DNA of 64,000 bases from Alphaproteobacteria bacterium (GTDB taxonomy: Bacteria > Pseudomonadota > Alphaproteobacteria > RF32 > CAG-239). Shown piece after piece: positions 28,705 through 37,626 of the stretch. The notes under the pieces were generated by a model. It had not been told where the DNA came from, did no database searches, and worked only from the letters and a program-made list of their open reading frames with translations. The stretch spans positions 1,405 to 65,404 of the forward strand of contig JAFVFB010000005.1 in NCBI GenBank assembly GCA_017475705.1, read 5' to 3'. A program made the translations under genes and the position numbers. The stretch's first letter is position 1. Each line of letters opens with the position of its first letter.

Positions 28705-29583
28705 TTATTGACAGGTTTCCTGATTAAATAAGCAGGATCCAAGACGATTTTCTTTTTTATCTTTATAGGTAATCTGCATATTAATACCTTTGTCAATAAA
28801 TATCGGCTTTATTTTTGCACACATATCCTGATATGCCTTCAGGCAGGCTTCATTACTGATATTATCTGCCAATGCTGCTTTTTCTTTTGCAGTATAATTT
28901 GAGGTATCCATATTGGCTTGATATATGTAGTTAATTAACCCATCGGCATATGTAATATTAACCCATGTCGTAATATCATCAATTTTCTTTGGTAATGTTT
29001 TTTGAATTGTTTCCATCATTGCTGATAACTGGCTATTTCTGTCTTCTATGCTATTTTCCGGTGTAACGGTATCAACAGCGACAAGCGGTGGCTCCATTTC
29101 TTGTAAGATGTTTTTTAAGCTTTCTTCTTCAGAGACAGATAAATTAACTTCTGGTGTCTGAATTTTATCAATATCATCCGGTAGCACATCTTCTTTTGTA
29201 AGTTTCGGGGTTGCTGTTTTACTTTCATCTACTGTAAAATCTTCTAATTCAAATTCTGCCATTTCTTGCAAAGCTGGTGATATAGCACCTAATTCTACTT
29301 TTTCAGATTTCTTTTCTGAAACAGTTGTTGTTCCATCTGGTATAATTGCTTCATTTTCAATGCTATCAAAGCCTTCTGCGTCTATCACAGTTGCTCTAAA
29401 ATTTTCAAATTGATAAGTTAAATACTCTTCTTTATCAATTTTTCCATCATTATTTACATCCATTTTGATGAATTCTTTTTCAAAAACATTTTTGAGCGCA
29501 TCTAGCTGCTGTTTGGCCGTTAAAGCTTCTGCTGTTTGTGTTATCATTAAAGAGCAAGAAACTAATAGTAAATATTTTTTCAT
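28705..29583 (-). CDS. Secreted protein with one canonical EF-hand
   Basis: Signal peptide MKKYLLLVSCSLMITQTAEA. The loop DVNNDGKIDKEE fits DxNxDGxIxxxE. An acidic linker and a Cys-containing C-terminal domain follow. Confidence 0.7.
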   Translation of the reverse strand: MKKYLLLVSCSLMITQTAEALTAKQQLDALKNVFEKEFIKMDVNNDGKIDKEEYLTYQFENFRATVIDAEGFDSIENEAIIPDGTTTVSEKKSEKVELGAISPALQEMAEFELEDFTVDESKTATPKLTKEDVLPDDIDKIQTPEVNLSVSEEESLKNILQEMEPPLVAVDTVTPENSIEDRNSQLSAMMETIQKTLPKKIDDITTWVNITYADGLINYIYQANMDTSNYTAKEKAALADNISNEACLKAYQDMCAKIKPIFIDKGINMQITYKDKKENRLGSCLFNQETCQ

Positions 29584-29639
29584 AACACCCCTCCGTAACT
29601 AATAATTCTTTTATCTTACTATCTCATTTTTATTAAATT

Positions 29640-30278
29640 TTATTTAATAATCTTGAAATTATTCTGCCCGTCAAAAGATATTACTTTGTTAGCTAAGTTT
29701 TGATAGGCTTGTCGATACTGGTTAAATTTTTCTGCACGTTCCACAATTAACTGCTCTGGTACATAGCGTTTTGTTTCCAATGCTCTTTTATGCGCTCTTT
29801 TTATTGCTAAATCAATATCACAAATAATAAAATCTACCGTCGTTTTATATCCTTCCTTAGGCAGATTTTTAAATAGCTCTAAATGAGCCTGATTGGTTCC
29901 ACTGTGTTCAAGCATAATATTCAGATGATTTTGCAGTGCACGTCGTAAAACTTCGTATCCTATAATTCTAGCAGTCATCTCATATTGTTGATATGCCGCA
30001 ATAATGCCTTTTGTTTTTAGCATCTGCTGATATCCGAATAAAGAGATCATAATTTGATCAAAACTTAAAAATAAATAATTTTTAGGTAAATGTTTTTTAC
30101 AAAAAGTACTTTTTCCTGAGCCGGGAATTCCTGACACTTGGCAAAATTCAGGTTCTTTGACAGGAGATAAGCCTTCTAACAATTTTGCTATAATTTTTTC
30201 ACTTTCAGCTGACTTAACGGCAGCATAGTCGTCGGTAATTAATTGCGGCAATGAAGGCATGATTGTTTTTAATATCAT
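29640..30278 (-). CDS. P-loop kinase/NTPase (zeta-toxin / AAA_33-like)
   Basis: 212 aa. Walker A GIPGSGKSTF. The start ATG overlaps the ackA stop (TAATG). Confidence 0.6.
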   Translation of the reverse strand: MILKTIMPSLPQLITDDYAAVKSAESEKIIAKLLEGLSPVKEPEFCQVSGIPGSGKSTFCKKHLPKNYLFLSFDQIMISLFGYQQMLKTKGIIAAYQQYEMTARIIGYEVLRRALQNHLNIMLEHSGTNQAHLELFKNLPKEGYKTTVDFIICDIDLAIKRAHKRALETKRYVPEQLIVERAEKFNQYRQAYQNLANKVISFDGQNNFKIIK

Positions 30279-31477
30279 TAAATAGCCTTTCTATGATCTG
30301 CAGTATTTTTCATATACACGGCATATGCTTCTTTTGCCATCATTAATTCTTCATTTGTTGGTATCACTAAAACTTGTATCTTACTGTCATCGCTACTAAT
30401 TTTTGTCGGTGCCGGCGTAACGCTATTGGCATTTAGGTCTAGCTTTAATCCGAGATAATTTAGTTTATCACATAATTTTTGCCTAATTACTGTTCCTTTT
30501 TCACCGATTCCTCCGGTAAAGATAAGGGCGTCTAAGCCACCTAATACAGCAATTCCTGCGCCAATTGCTTTTAGCAGACTATATGTATAAGCTTCCAATG
30601 CAAATATACATTGCTGATTTCCCTTCTGGGCTTCGCCTAATATATCTCTCATATCCGTATAACCACCACTTAATGCATATAGCCCACTTTGTTTATTTAA
30701 AATAGCATTCACTTCATCAGCTGTTTTTTGTTGCGTCTTCATAATATGTAATGGGATATAAGGATCAATATCTCCTGGACGGGTTGACATTACAATCCCT
30801 GACATTGGAGTATACCCCATCGTCGTCATAACACTTTTACCATCTTTTACAGCTGTGACTGAGGCCCCTCCTCCGAGATGACAACATATAAATTTTCCTT
30901 TGAAACCCAGATATTTTGCTGCTAAATCTGTTACATAATTGTGCGATGGGCCATGAAATCCGTAACGTCGAATTTTATCGTGAGTGATATATTCCCGCGG
31001 TAAAGCATAAAGATAACCTTCCTTTTTGATACTTTGATGAAAAGCCGTGTCAAAAACGGCAACCTGTAACACACTTGGCACAATTTCTTGCATGGCTTTA
31101 ATACCTTTTTCGATTGCCGGTCCATGCAGCGGTATCAATGGGATGCTATCGTAAAGCTGTTGCATGACATCTGCGTCTATGGCTGCTGACGTACTATATT
31201 TTCCGCCGTATCCCATACGATGTGCTACAGCAGCAAGTTCTGATGCTTTTCTTAAATATTTTTGTGTTAAATAGCCAAGAATCGCTTTGATTGCGGCCTT
31301 GTGATTAGCCAAAGGCAATTCAGTTGTAAAGGTATTATCGACAACAATCTTTGAACCTTCTAAACCAATACGTTCGACAACGCCACCTGTGACTACTTCA
31401 TTCTTATTTTCATCCATTTGATATAGCTGAAACTTAACCGTTGTTGAGCCAGCATTTAATACCAAAATTTTTTCCAT
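30278..31477 (-). CDS. ackA: Acetate kinase
   Basis: 399 aa. ILVLNAGSTTVKFQLY, FHGPSH, HLGGGASVTAV and FTGGIGE motifs. Confidence 0.93.
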   Translation of the reverse strand: MEKILVLNAGSTTVKFQLYQMDENKNEVVTGGVVERIGLEGSKIVVDNTFTTELPLANHKAAIKAILGYLTQKYLRKASELAAVAHRMGYGGKYSTSAAIDADVMQQLYDSIPLIPLHGPAIEKGIKAMQEIVPSVLQVAVFDTAFHQSIKKEGYLYALPREYITHDKIRRYGFHGPSHNYVTDLAAKYLGFKGKFICCHLGGGASVTAVKDGKSVMTTMGYTPMSGIVMSTRPGDIDPYIPLHIMKTQQKTADEVNAILNKQSGLYALSGGYTDMRDILGEAQKGNQQCIFALEAYTYSLLKAIGAGIAVLGGLDALIFTGGIGEKGTVIRQKLCDKLNYLGLKLDLNANSVTPAPTKISSDDSKIQVLVIPTNEELMMAKEAYAVYMKNTADHRKAI

Positions 31478-31632
31478 CTATAGTACCCTTTAAAATTAAG
31501 TTCGGATATTTGTAACATATTTTTCTTATTTTCGCAACAAAAAAACATTTATCTCTGTCTTTCTTTGATTTTTACCTTGAAAATACTAAAATTTTTCGTT
31601 ATAAGCCAATTAAGTTTTTTTTGTGAGGTATA

Positions 31633-32859
31633 ATGAAAGAGGCTAGCCGTATACAAGCTGCAATAGAAATTTTAGATGAGGTCTTGAAAGACGCTCTCCC
31701 CGCAGATAATTTATTAGAGCAATATTTCAAAACCAGGCGTTATATTGGGGCAAAAGATCGTCGTTTTATTGCTGAACTTGTATGGCGCGTTATCCGGCAT
31801 CGCTGTAAATATACAGAAATGTTGCGTAACCACGTATCTGCCCGACTGTTTATCGCCTTAAACCTCATCGATACAGGAAGTGATATAGAGTTACTTTTCA
31901 ATGGAGAAAATTATGCCCCCAATCTTCTATCCAAAGAAGAAAAAAAAGCTCTCAAAGAAGCCACTCTCTTTGAATCTTTTAATGTATCTGCCCTTGATGA
32001 ATGCCCTGAATGGCTTTATTGCAAATTCTCAGATAAAAATCTCTTAGCATCATTAAATAAACCAGCTCCTGTTGATGTTCGTGCCAATTTAACCTCTCGA
32101 GAAGAGGCACAACGAGATTTGCGAAAAGAAGGATTATTTTTTTCCCTTACTCCTTATTCTCCCATAGGATTACGTTCTGAAGAGCGTATTAACCTTAGAA
32201 ACTGCATGACCTATCAAGATGGAAAAATAGAAGTTATGGATGAAGGTTCACAACTTTTAGCTCTGCTTTGTCAAGCAAAACCCCATCATAAAATTATTGA
32301 CTATTGTGCTGGTGCTGGCGGTAAATCACTGGCAATTGCTGCTCTTATGCATAATGAAGGTATTATTTGGGCTCATGATATTAATCAAGAGCGCCTTTCC
32401 CGTATCAAAAAAAGGGCATAAAGGCTTGAAATCCTTAATATAAAACTTATTAAGGATGTTAATGAATTTGACTATGATCGCTTTATTATTGATGCCCCTT
32501 GTTCTGGAAGTGGCACCTGGCGGCGAGCTCCCGATGCGAAATTTAGATTAACTCCGGCAAAACTCCAGAATATATGTCAAACACAAACTGACTTACTCTG
32601 TTTTGGTGCTCAACATACTAAAATAGGTGGCTATTTAATCTATATGACTTGTTCTGTTTTTGCAGAAGAAAATGAACAGCAAATAGAAGCATTTTTACAA
32701 CAAAAAACAAACTTTCAGCTGATTAACCACCAAAAATTATGGAAGGATACCTTAGATTTAGAATTTTATCCGTTTGATACCTCTAAATGGCTTAAATTTT
32801 CACCGATTACGACACAGACTGATGGCTTTTTCTTTTGTTGTCTAAAAAAAATCTCATAA
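31633..32859 (+). pseudogene. RsmB/NOP-family rRNA m5C methyltransferase with an in-frame TAA at 32419-32421
   Basis: ORFs 31633-32421 and 32644-32859 are in the same frame. My translation of 32422-32643 is open and encodes FIIDAPCSGSGTWRRAPDAKF...GGYLIYMTCSVFAEENE, the catalytic motifs. Confidence 0.8.
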
Positions 32860-32950
32860 AATGTGGATGAGCTTAGGTTCTATGATTGATTTTTTCTTTG
32901 ATTGTTTTATGCTGTAGTTAAATCTAATTTCGAATCGAGGTTATGGCATA

Positions 32951-33535
32951 ATGATTCTTTATCTGCTAAGACATGGAAAAACAGACTGGGATACTTCTAA
33001 TCGTATCCAAGGATGGAGGGATATTCCGCTTAGTCCGTCCGGGATTACCCAAGCTCACCTCGCAGCAGAAAATCTTAAATCTCATTTTATTGAAACTATT
33101 TATGCCAGTGATTTGAAACGCGCTAAAAAAACAGCAGATATTATCAGTGCATCTTTTGATGTGCCTGTCCACTATACCAAACGATTAAGAGAAATGAATT
33201 TTGGCAAGGCTGAAGGGGTCAAGTTTACGGATTTAGAAGCAAAATTTTCTTATATTTATCATGCTTTTAATGATGTTAAGAATCCAGAGCGCTATGCGAT
33301 TAGCTATCCAGAAGGTGAAACTATCGGTGAGGTTCAGCAAAGGTTTGTTAAATTTATTCATCGCCTTTCCGAAGATGGACGAGAAAATGTGCTTTTGGTG
33401 ACTCATGAAATGTTACTACGAATCTTTATAGAGACCTGTCTTAAAAAAAATATATCATTAAAAGCTGGTTCTGTCATGCGAGTGGTTTATGATGTCCAGA
33501 GCAAAAAATTCCGTCAGCCGAAGATTTTATTCTAG
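32951..33535 (+). CDS. Histidine phosphatase family protein (phosphoglycerate mutase-like)
   Basis: LLRHGKTDWD (RHG motif), SDLKRA and THE..L. Confidence 0.8.
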   Translation: MILYLLRHGKTDWDTSNRIQGWRDIPLSPSGITQAHLAAENLKSHFIETIYASDLKRAKKTADIISASFDVPVHYTKRLREMNFGKAEGVKFTDLEAKFSYIYHAFNDVKNPERYAISYPEGETIGEVQQRFVKFIHRLSEDGRENVLLVTHEMLLRIFIETCLKKNISLKAGSVMRVVYDVQSKKFRQPKILF

Positions 33536-33538
33536 TAA

Positions 33539-34468
33539 TTATATTTTTAGACCTTGTATGATAATATCAGATATATCATAAATATTGATAAAATTGTCTG
33601 ATGTATTTTGAACATTGGCATGTGTATTGGTACAATAAATTGATTTGATGAGATTACTTTGCTTTAATTTTTCGAGTGCTCCTTTTACAAAAATACCATG
33701 AACACAAATTGCATAAATATTTTTGGCATTGCAGGTCTTATATGCTCTGGCTGCATTTAAGATTGATGTTCCTGAGCGTATCATATCATCGAAGATTAAT
33801 ACATTTTTATTTTTTACATCAGCATTTAGTGCTTGCACAGTTGTTTCAGTCGCTGATATTCTCTTTTTCATAATATAGGCACTTTCTAACCCTAGATGAT
33901 TACTTATCCTTTCAACCCATTTGGCACGTCCCATATCTGCCGAGGCTAAAACAAATTTACGATTATTTTTACATATGTCTTTTACAATATTGTTTATAAT
34001 CGGCTCTGTTGTTAAATTAACAGGAATGATATTCTGTTCAAAGTAATATTGCGTTCCTGGAGCATGAATATCAACTGTATATATATAATTTCCCATCCCA
34101 GCTTGAGGAATGGAACTGAATAGACACGCAATGTTTTTGGCACTAACAATTTCTCCTGGCTTAGTTGCTCTTTCCATGGTTGAATATCCAAAATATGGTA
34201 TCACTAAGTGTAAGGATGTGCACCCACCTCTAACTAATTCTAAGCATATTTGATACGCCTCTAGAATTGCCTCATCATTTATTGTTCCGCAAATATATAC
34301 AGCGGGAAGGCCTGCAATTTTTTCTATATCCTTTATTCTAAAGTATCTTTCTCCATCAGGAAAACGCAAACTTTGAATTTCTATATCCTTAAATTGTTTA
34401 TTTTTTTGTAATAAATGTTGTTTCATGTATCCATATGCTGCTGATGACAATAGATTAATCTTTGGCAT
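33539..34468 (-). CDS. prs: Ribose-phosphate pyrophosphokinase (divergent)
   Basis: 309 aa. FPDGE, PYFGYSTMER, VDIHA and the VLIFDDMIRSGTS PRPP-binding loop. Confidence 0.75.
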   Translation of the reverse strand: MPKINLLSSAAYGYMKQHLLQKNKQFKDIEIQSLRFPDGERYFRIKDIEKIAGLPAVYICGTINDEAILEAYQICLELVRGGCTSLHLVIPYFGYSTMERATKPGEIVSAKNIACLFSSIPQAGMGNYIYTVDIHAPGTQYYFEQNIIPVNLTTEPIINNIVKDICKNNRKFVLASADMGRAKWVERISNHLGLESAYIMKKRISATETTVQALNADVKNKNVLIFDDMIRSGTSILNAARAYKTCNAKNIYAICVHGIFVKGALEKLKQSNLIKSIYCTNTHANVQNTSDNFINIYDISDIIIQGLKI

Positions 34469-34692
34469 GACCTTGCTCCTTTTCTATGATATTTTATTTT
34501 TTGTACTATTGTATGATTACTTTTTCCTTAAAATCTATTGATCTATATTCTTTTAATGTTTTATTTTCTAACTTTAAGTATTTGATTATGGCGAATATAT
34601 ATTTTTCTCTCGTTTCTATTTTTTTATAAGTATAATAGGCTTTTTCTTTCTACTGCTCATTTATATATTTTCCAAAAAATATAAAAAAATAC

Positions 34693-34721
34693 TTGACGTT
34701 TAATTTTTTGTTGATTAGTTT
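34693..34721 (+). promoter_or_regulatory. Promoter candidate for tRNA-Ser
   Basis: TTGACG at 34693-34698, 17-nt spacer, TAGTTT at 34716-34721. The tRNA starts at 34735. Confidence 0.4.
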
Positions 34722-34734
34722 ATGTCAGTCAGAT

Positions 34735-34825
34735 GGAGATGTGGCAGAGCTGGTTTAATGCACCTGACTTGAAATCAGACGAGGGCGCAAGTCCTCCTGG
34801 GGTTCGAATCCCTACATCTCCGCCA
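34735..34825 (+). tRNA. tRNA-Ser (anticodon TGA), long variable arm, CCA encoded
   Basis: Acceptor GGAGATG/CATCTCC, anticodon loop CTTGAAA, variable arm CGAGGGCGCAAGTCCTCC, T loop TTCGAAT. Confidence 0.92.
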
Positions 34826-34857
34826 ATGATATAAGCCTACCTTTATGGTAGGCTTTT
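34810..34857. repeat. 48-bp direct repeat, copy 1 (last 16 nt of tRNA-Ser plus its terminator)
   Basis: CCCTACATCTCCGCCAATGATATAAGCCTACCTTTATGGTAGGCTTTT is identical to 35043-35090. Confidence 0.95.
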
Positions 34858-34860
34858 TTT
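34833..34860 (+). terminator. Intrinsic terminator after tRNA-Ser
   Basis: AAGCCTACC-TTTAT-GGTAGGCTT followed by a T-run. Confidence 0.8.
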
Positions 34861-35042
34861 GTGGGCTTCTCACCCTTCGGGTTCGTCTTGCTTCGTATGT
34901 TCGTGCTTTGGGCACTCTCTAACTGCGCTACGGGCAAGTTTGTTGTATTTGCCGTCTTTCTTGCTTTTCAGCAATCAGCCGCCAAACAACAACTATAGCT
35001 TTCGGAAAAATACGTCCACCGGACGTGTTTTTCTCTGCAAGC
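34858..35042. other. 185-bp G+C-rich insert bracketed by the 48-bp repeats
   Basis: Hand counts give 33/60 and 28/60 G+C, against about 18/60 in a typical coding line. Contains a small T-tailed hairpin, ACGTCC-ACC-GGACGT at 35008-35022, followed by GTTTTTCT. Confidence 0.7.
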
Positions 35043-35090
35043 CCCTACATCTCCGCCAATGATATAAGCCTACCTTTATGGTAGGCTTTT
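35043..35090. repeat. 48-bp direct repeat, copy 2 (pseudo tRNA-Ser 3' end plus terminator copy)
   Basis: Exact copy of 34810-34857. The sequence upstream of it lacks a T loop, so it is not a second tRNA. Confidence 0.95.
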
Positions 35091-35120
35091 ACTTTAACTG
35101 GTTAAATTTTATTTCATATA

Positions 35121-35957
35121 CTATTCTTCTTCGTCAGCTGTATCCAAATCATCATCAAAATCATCTTCAATGTCATCATCAAAGTCATCATACTCTTCGG
35201 CCTCATCGTCTTCAAGCATATCATTATCTTCTTCATTAGCCTGAATTCCAGCTAATCTCAGCTGTTCTGCAATTTCGGATTTTTTCCGGCGACCGCGCCG
35301 TTTTTTGGCTGGAGCTTTCTTTTGTAAGGCTGTAATTACATAGTTACCAACAACTTTATATAAATCGACCAAATGATTATTATACATATGGTCTCCTTCT
35401 TCTATCATGGCAAAATCCACATCAATATGCCTTTGCATATTAAGTCTTGTTGCTAAATCTTCAACCATTTGTGGATTACCAATATCGTCCATGCCTCCCT
35501 GAATAATTAATCCAGATGTGGGACAAGGCGCAAGAAAACTAAAATCTTTTTCATTAGCTGGCGGTGATACCGCAATAAAATTATTAATATCAGGTCTTCG
35601 CATCAATAGTTGTAATCCAATCCATGCCCCAAATGAATATCCTGCTATCCAACATTGTCTGGCATCAGGATTATTTGCCTGAAGCCAATCTAGAGCCATT
35701 GTTGCATCAGATAATTCCCCCGGGCCGTCCTCAAATTCTCCCTGAGAGCGTCCGACTCCGCGAAAATTAAATCTTAGCACAGAAAATCCTAGGTCTCTAA
35801 AGCAAGAAAACAAAGCGTAGGCGACTTTATTATTCATCGTTCCCCCGTATTGAGGATGGGGATGCAAAATTAAAGCTACCGGCGCATCAGGACGTTTTGC
35901 TTTATGATAGCGTCCTTCCAATCTTCCCGCATGTCCATTTATAATCACTTCAACCAT
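35121..35957 (-). CDS. Alpha/beta hydrolase (COG2945-like) with a basic-then-hyperacidic C-terminal tail
   Basis: 278 aa. GYSFGAW nucleophile elbow. The last 66 aa read KKAPAKKRRGRRKK...EDDEAEEYDDFDDDIEDDFDDDLDTADEEE. Confidence 0.75.
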   Translation of the reverse strand: MVEVIINGHAGRLEGRYHKAKRPDAPVALILHPHPQYGGTMNNKVAYALFSCFRDLGFSVLRFNFRGVGRSQGEFEDGPGELSDATMALDWLQANNPDARQCWIAGYSFGAWIGLQLLMRRPDINNFIAVSPPANEKDFSFLAPCPTSGLIIQGGMDDIGNPQMVEDLATRLNMQRHIDVDFAMIEEGDHMYNNHLVDLYKVVGNYVITALQKKAPAKKRRGRRKKSEIAEQLRLAGIQANEEDNDMLEDDEAEEYDDFDDDIEDDFDDDLDTADEEE

Positions 35958-36053
35958 TACTAACTCTTTTATCTTGATTTCATTAAACTTAAGGTCTATA
36001 TTACTTCAGTGTTTCTTAAATTGTCGTTAATATTACATGGGGTTATAACAAAG

Positions 36054-36707
36054 ATGAAAACAAATTTCAAGAATTTTCTTAATGATCTCGATACGATTAT
36101 TGCGCGAGACCCCGCAACTTCTAGCCGTCTGGAAGCTTTTTTATGCTCTTCTGGCTACCATGCTATTCTTTCATACAGGCTGGCTCACCGCCTCTGGCTG
36201 AAAAATTGGAAACTTTCTGCTCGTGTTATATCTCAATTTGCTCGTTTTCTCACTGGGGTTGAAATTCATCCTGGCGCAAAAATCGGTCAAAATTTTTTTA
36301 TTGATCATGGCATGGGCACTGTCATTGGAGAAACAGCAATTATCGGTGATAATGTTACTATGTACCATGGTGTTACTTTAGGTGGAACAACGCCATATAA
36401 TTCCCAAAATGGCAAACGACATCCAACAATTGAAGATAATGTTGTTATCGGTGCCGGCGCACAAATTTTGGGTCCTGTTACTGTCGGCAAAAATGCCAAA
36501 ATAGGTGCCAATGCCACCGTGGTAAAAAATGTCGCCGCTCATACGACCGTCATTGGTGTTGCTGCGCATAAAGTTGATGTCCATAAGTCCCCATCTTTTA
36601 CGCCCTATGGTATCAATGGTAAATATTCTGATCCTTATGATACTGTTATTAAAAACTTGCAAAAGCAAATTGATGAGTTAAAAAATAAGATATCTAACCT
36701 CTCGTAG
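36054..36707 (+). CDS. cysE: Serine O-acetyltransferase
   Basis: RDPA N-terminal motif and hexapeptide repeats GAKIG..FFIDHGMGTVIGETAIIGDNVTMYHGVTLGG. Confidence 0.9.
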   Translation: MKTNFKNFLNDLDTIIARDPATSSRLEAFLCSSGYHAILSYRLAHRLWLKNWKLSARVISQFARFLTGVEIHPGAKIGQNFFIDHGMGTVIGETAIIGDNVTMYHGVTLGGTTPYNSQNGKRHPTIEDNVVIGAGAQILGPVTVGKNAKIGANATVVKNVAAHTTVIGVAAHKVDVHKSPSFTPYGINGKYSDPYDTVIKNLQKQIDELKNKISNLS

Positions 36708-36804
36708 CCTGTGGCATGATGTGCATATCTTGCTTTGCTCTTGAATTTCCCAAGCAGTATAATATAGTTTTAGGTACTTTGGGAAATATTTAATAGGATT
36801 TATT

Positions 36805-37560
36805 ATGGATACTAATAAAATTGAAAAAGAAAAAAAGGAAGAAACGCTAGGTGAAACCCTTAAAACGGTTTTGTATGCAATTATTATAGCCTGTTTGATT
36901 AGAACTTTTTGGTTTGAACCGTTTAAAATTCCTTCTGGTTCTATGTATCCGACATTAGAAGTGGGAGATTTTCTCTTTGTTTCTAAATATACCTATGGTT
37001 ATTCTAAACATTCCTTCCCTTTTAGTTTTCCGCCTTTTCAAGGTCGCATTTGGGCTGATCTTCCACAGCGTGGTGATGTTGTTGTTTTTAAGTCCCCTTC
37101 AGACAATAAAATTGATTATATTAAGCGAATTATCGGCCTTCCCGGTGATACGATTCAAATGATTGACGGCTTACTCTACATTAATGGCAAGAATATCCCT
37201 AGAGAGAAAAAAGGACGATATGTTATCCGAGATTATACCCCATTTCCACAAGAATTTACCGAATATACCGAAACCTTGCCGGAAGGGAAATCTCATCGCA
37301 TTTTAGAGTATAGTGATGATGTTATGGTCGTGGATAATACCCCAAAATTCACAGTTCCTGAGGGGCATTATTTCATGATGGGTGACAACCGAGATAATTC
37401 TAATGATTCTCGTAAAGATATCGGGATGGTTCCTTTTGATAATATTGAAGGGAAAGCTCGTTTTTTATTTTATTCTCATGATGATTCGGCATCTTGGTAT
37501 AATCCCATAAGTTGGATTATGGCTATTCGTTGGCAACGCCTTTTTAACAAAATTGATTGA
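36805..37560 (+). CDS. lepB: Signal peptidase I
   Basis: SGSMYPTL (catalytic Ser), KRIIGLPGD and GDNRDNSNDSR boxes. Confidence 0.93.
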   Translation: MDTNKIEKEKKEETLGETLKTVLYAIIIACLIRTFWFEPFKIPSGSMYPTLEVGDFLFVSKYTYGYSKHSFPFSFPPFQGRIWADLPQRGDVVVFKSPSDNKIDYIKRIIGLPGDTIQMIDGLLYINGKNIPREKKGRYVIRDYTPFPQEFTEYTETLPEGKSHRILEYSDDVMVVDNTPKFTVPEGHYFMMGDNRDNSNDSRKDIGMVPFDNIEGKARFLFYSHDDSASWYNPISWIMAIRWQRLFNKID

Positions 37561-37579
37561 GCCTCCGTTTGTTTCAGAT

Positions 37580-37610
37580 AAAAAACGCAGTTTTGATTTC
37601 TGCGTTTTTT
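37580..37610. terminator. Bidirectional terminator between lepB and pgi
   Basis: AAAAAACGCAG-N9-CTGCGTTTTTT. Confidence 0.8.
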
Positions 37611-37626
37611 ATCTATATGTTCCATG

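Noticed and set aside
28599-28796. A 65-aa minus-strand ORF overlapping the 3' end of the EF-hand gene.
   Set aside because: It sits in an AT-rich tail region in a different frame, with no SD. It looks spurious.
29640-30278. Whether the zeta-toxin-like kinase forms a classical epsilon/zeta toxin-antitoxin pair.
   Set aside because: There is no small upstream antitoxin ORF. The gene upstream is ackA, with an overlapping stop and start. Walker A alone does not prove zeta-toxin identity.
34912-34935. The minus strand reads GCCCGTAGCGCAGTTAGAGAGTGC, which resembles a tRNA acceptor/D-arm 5' half.
   Set aside because: I could not fold a matching anticodon stem or a T arm (no GTTCGAATC-type loop) downstream. 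At best it is a decayed tRNA fragment, and the resemblance may be chance.
34859-35062. A 67-aa GTG-initiated ORF covering the G+C-rich insert at tRNA-Ser.
   Set aside because: It has no SD and its sequence is low-complexity, rich in Ser, Phe, Leu and Cys. It runs into the repeated tRNA 3' end and is most likely non-coding.
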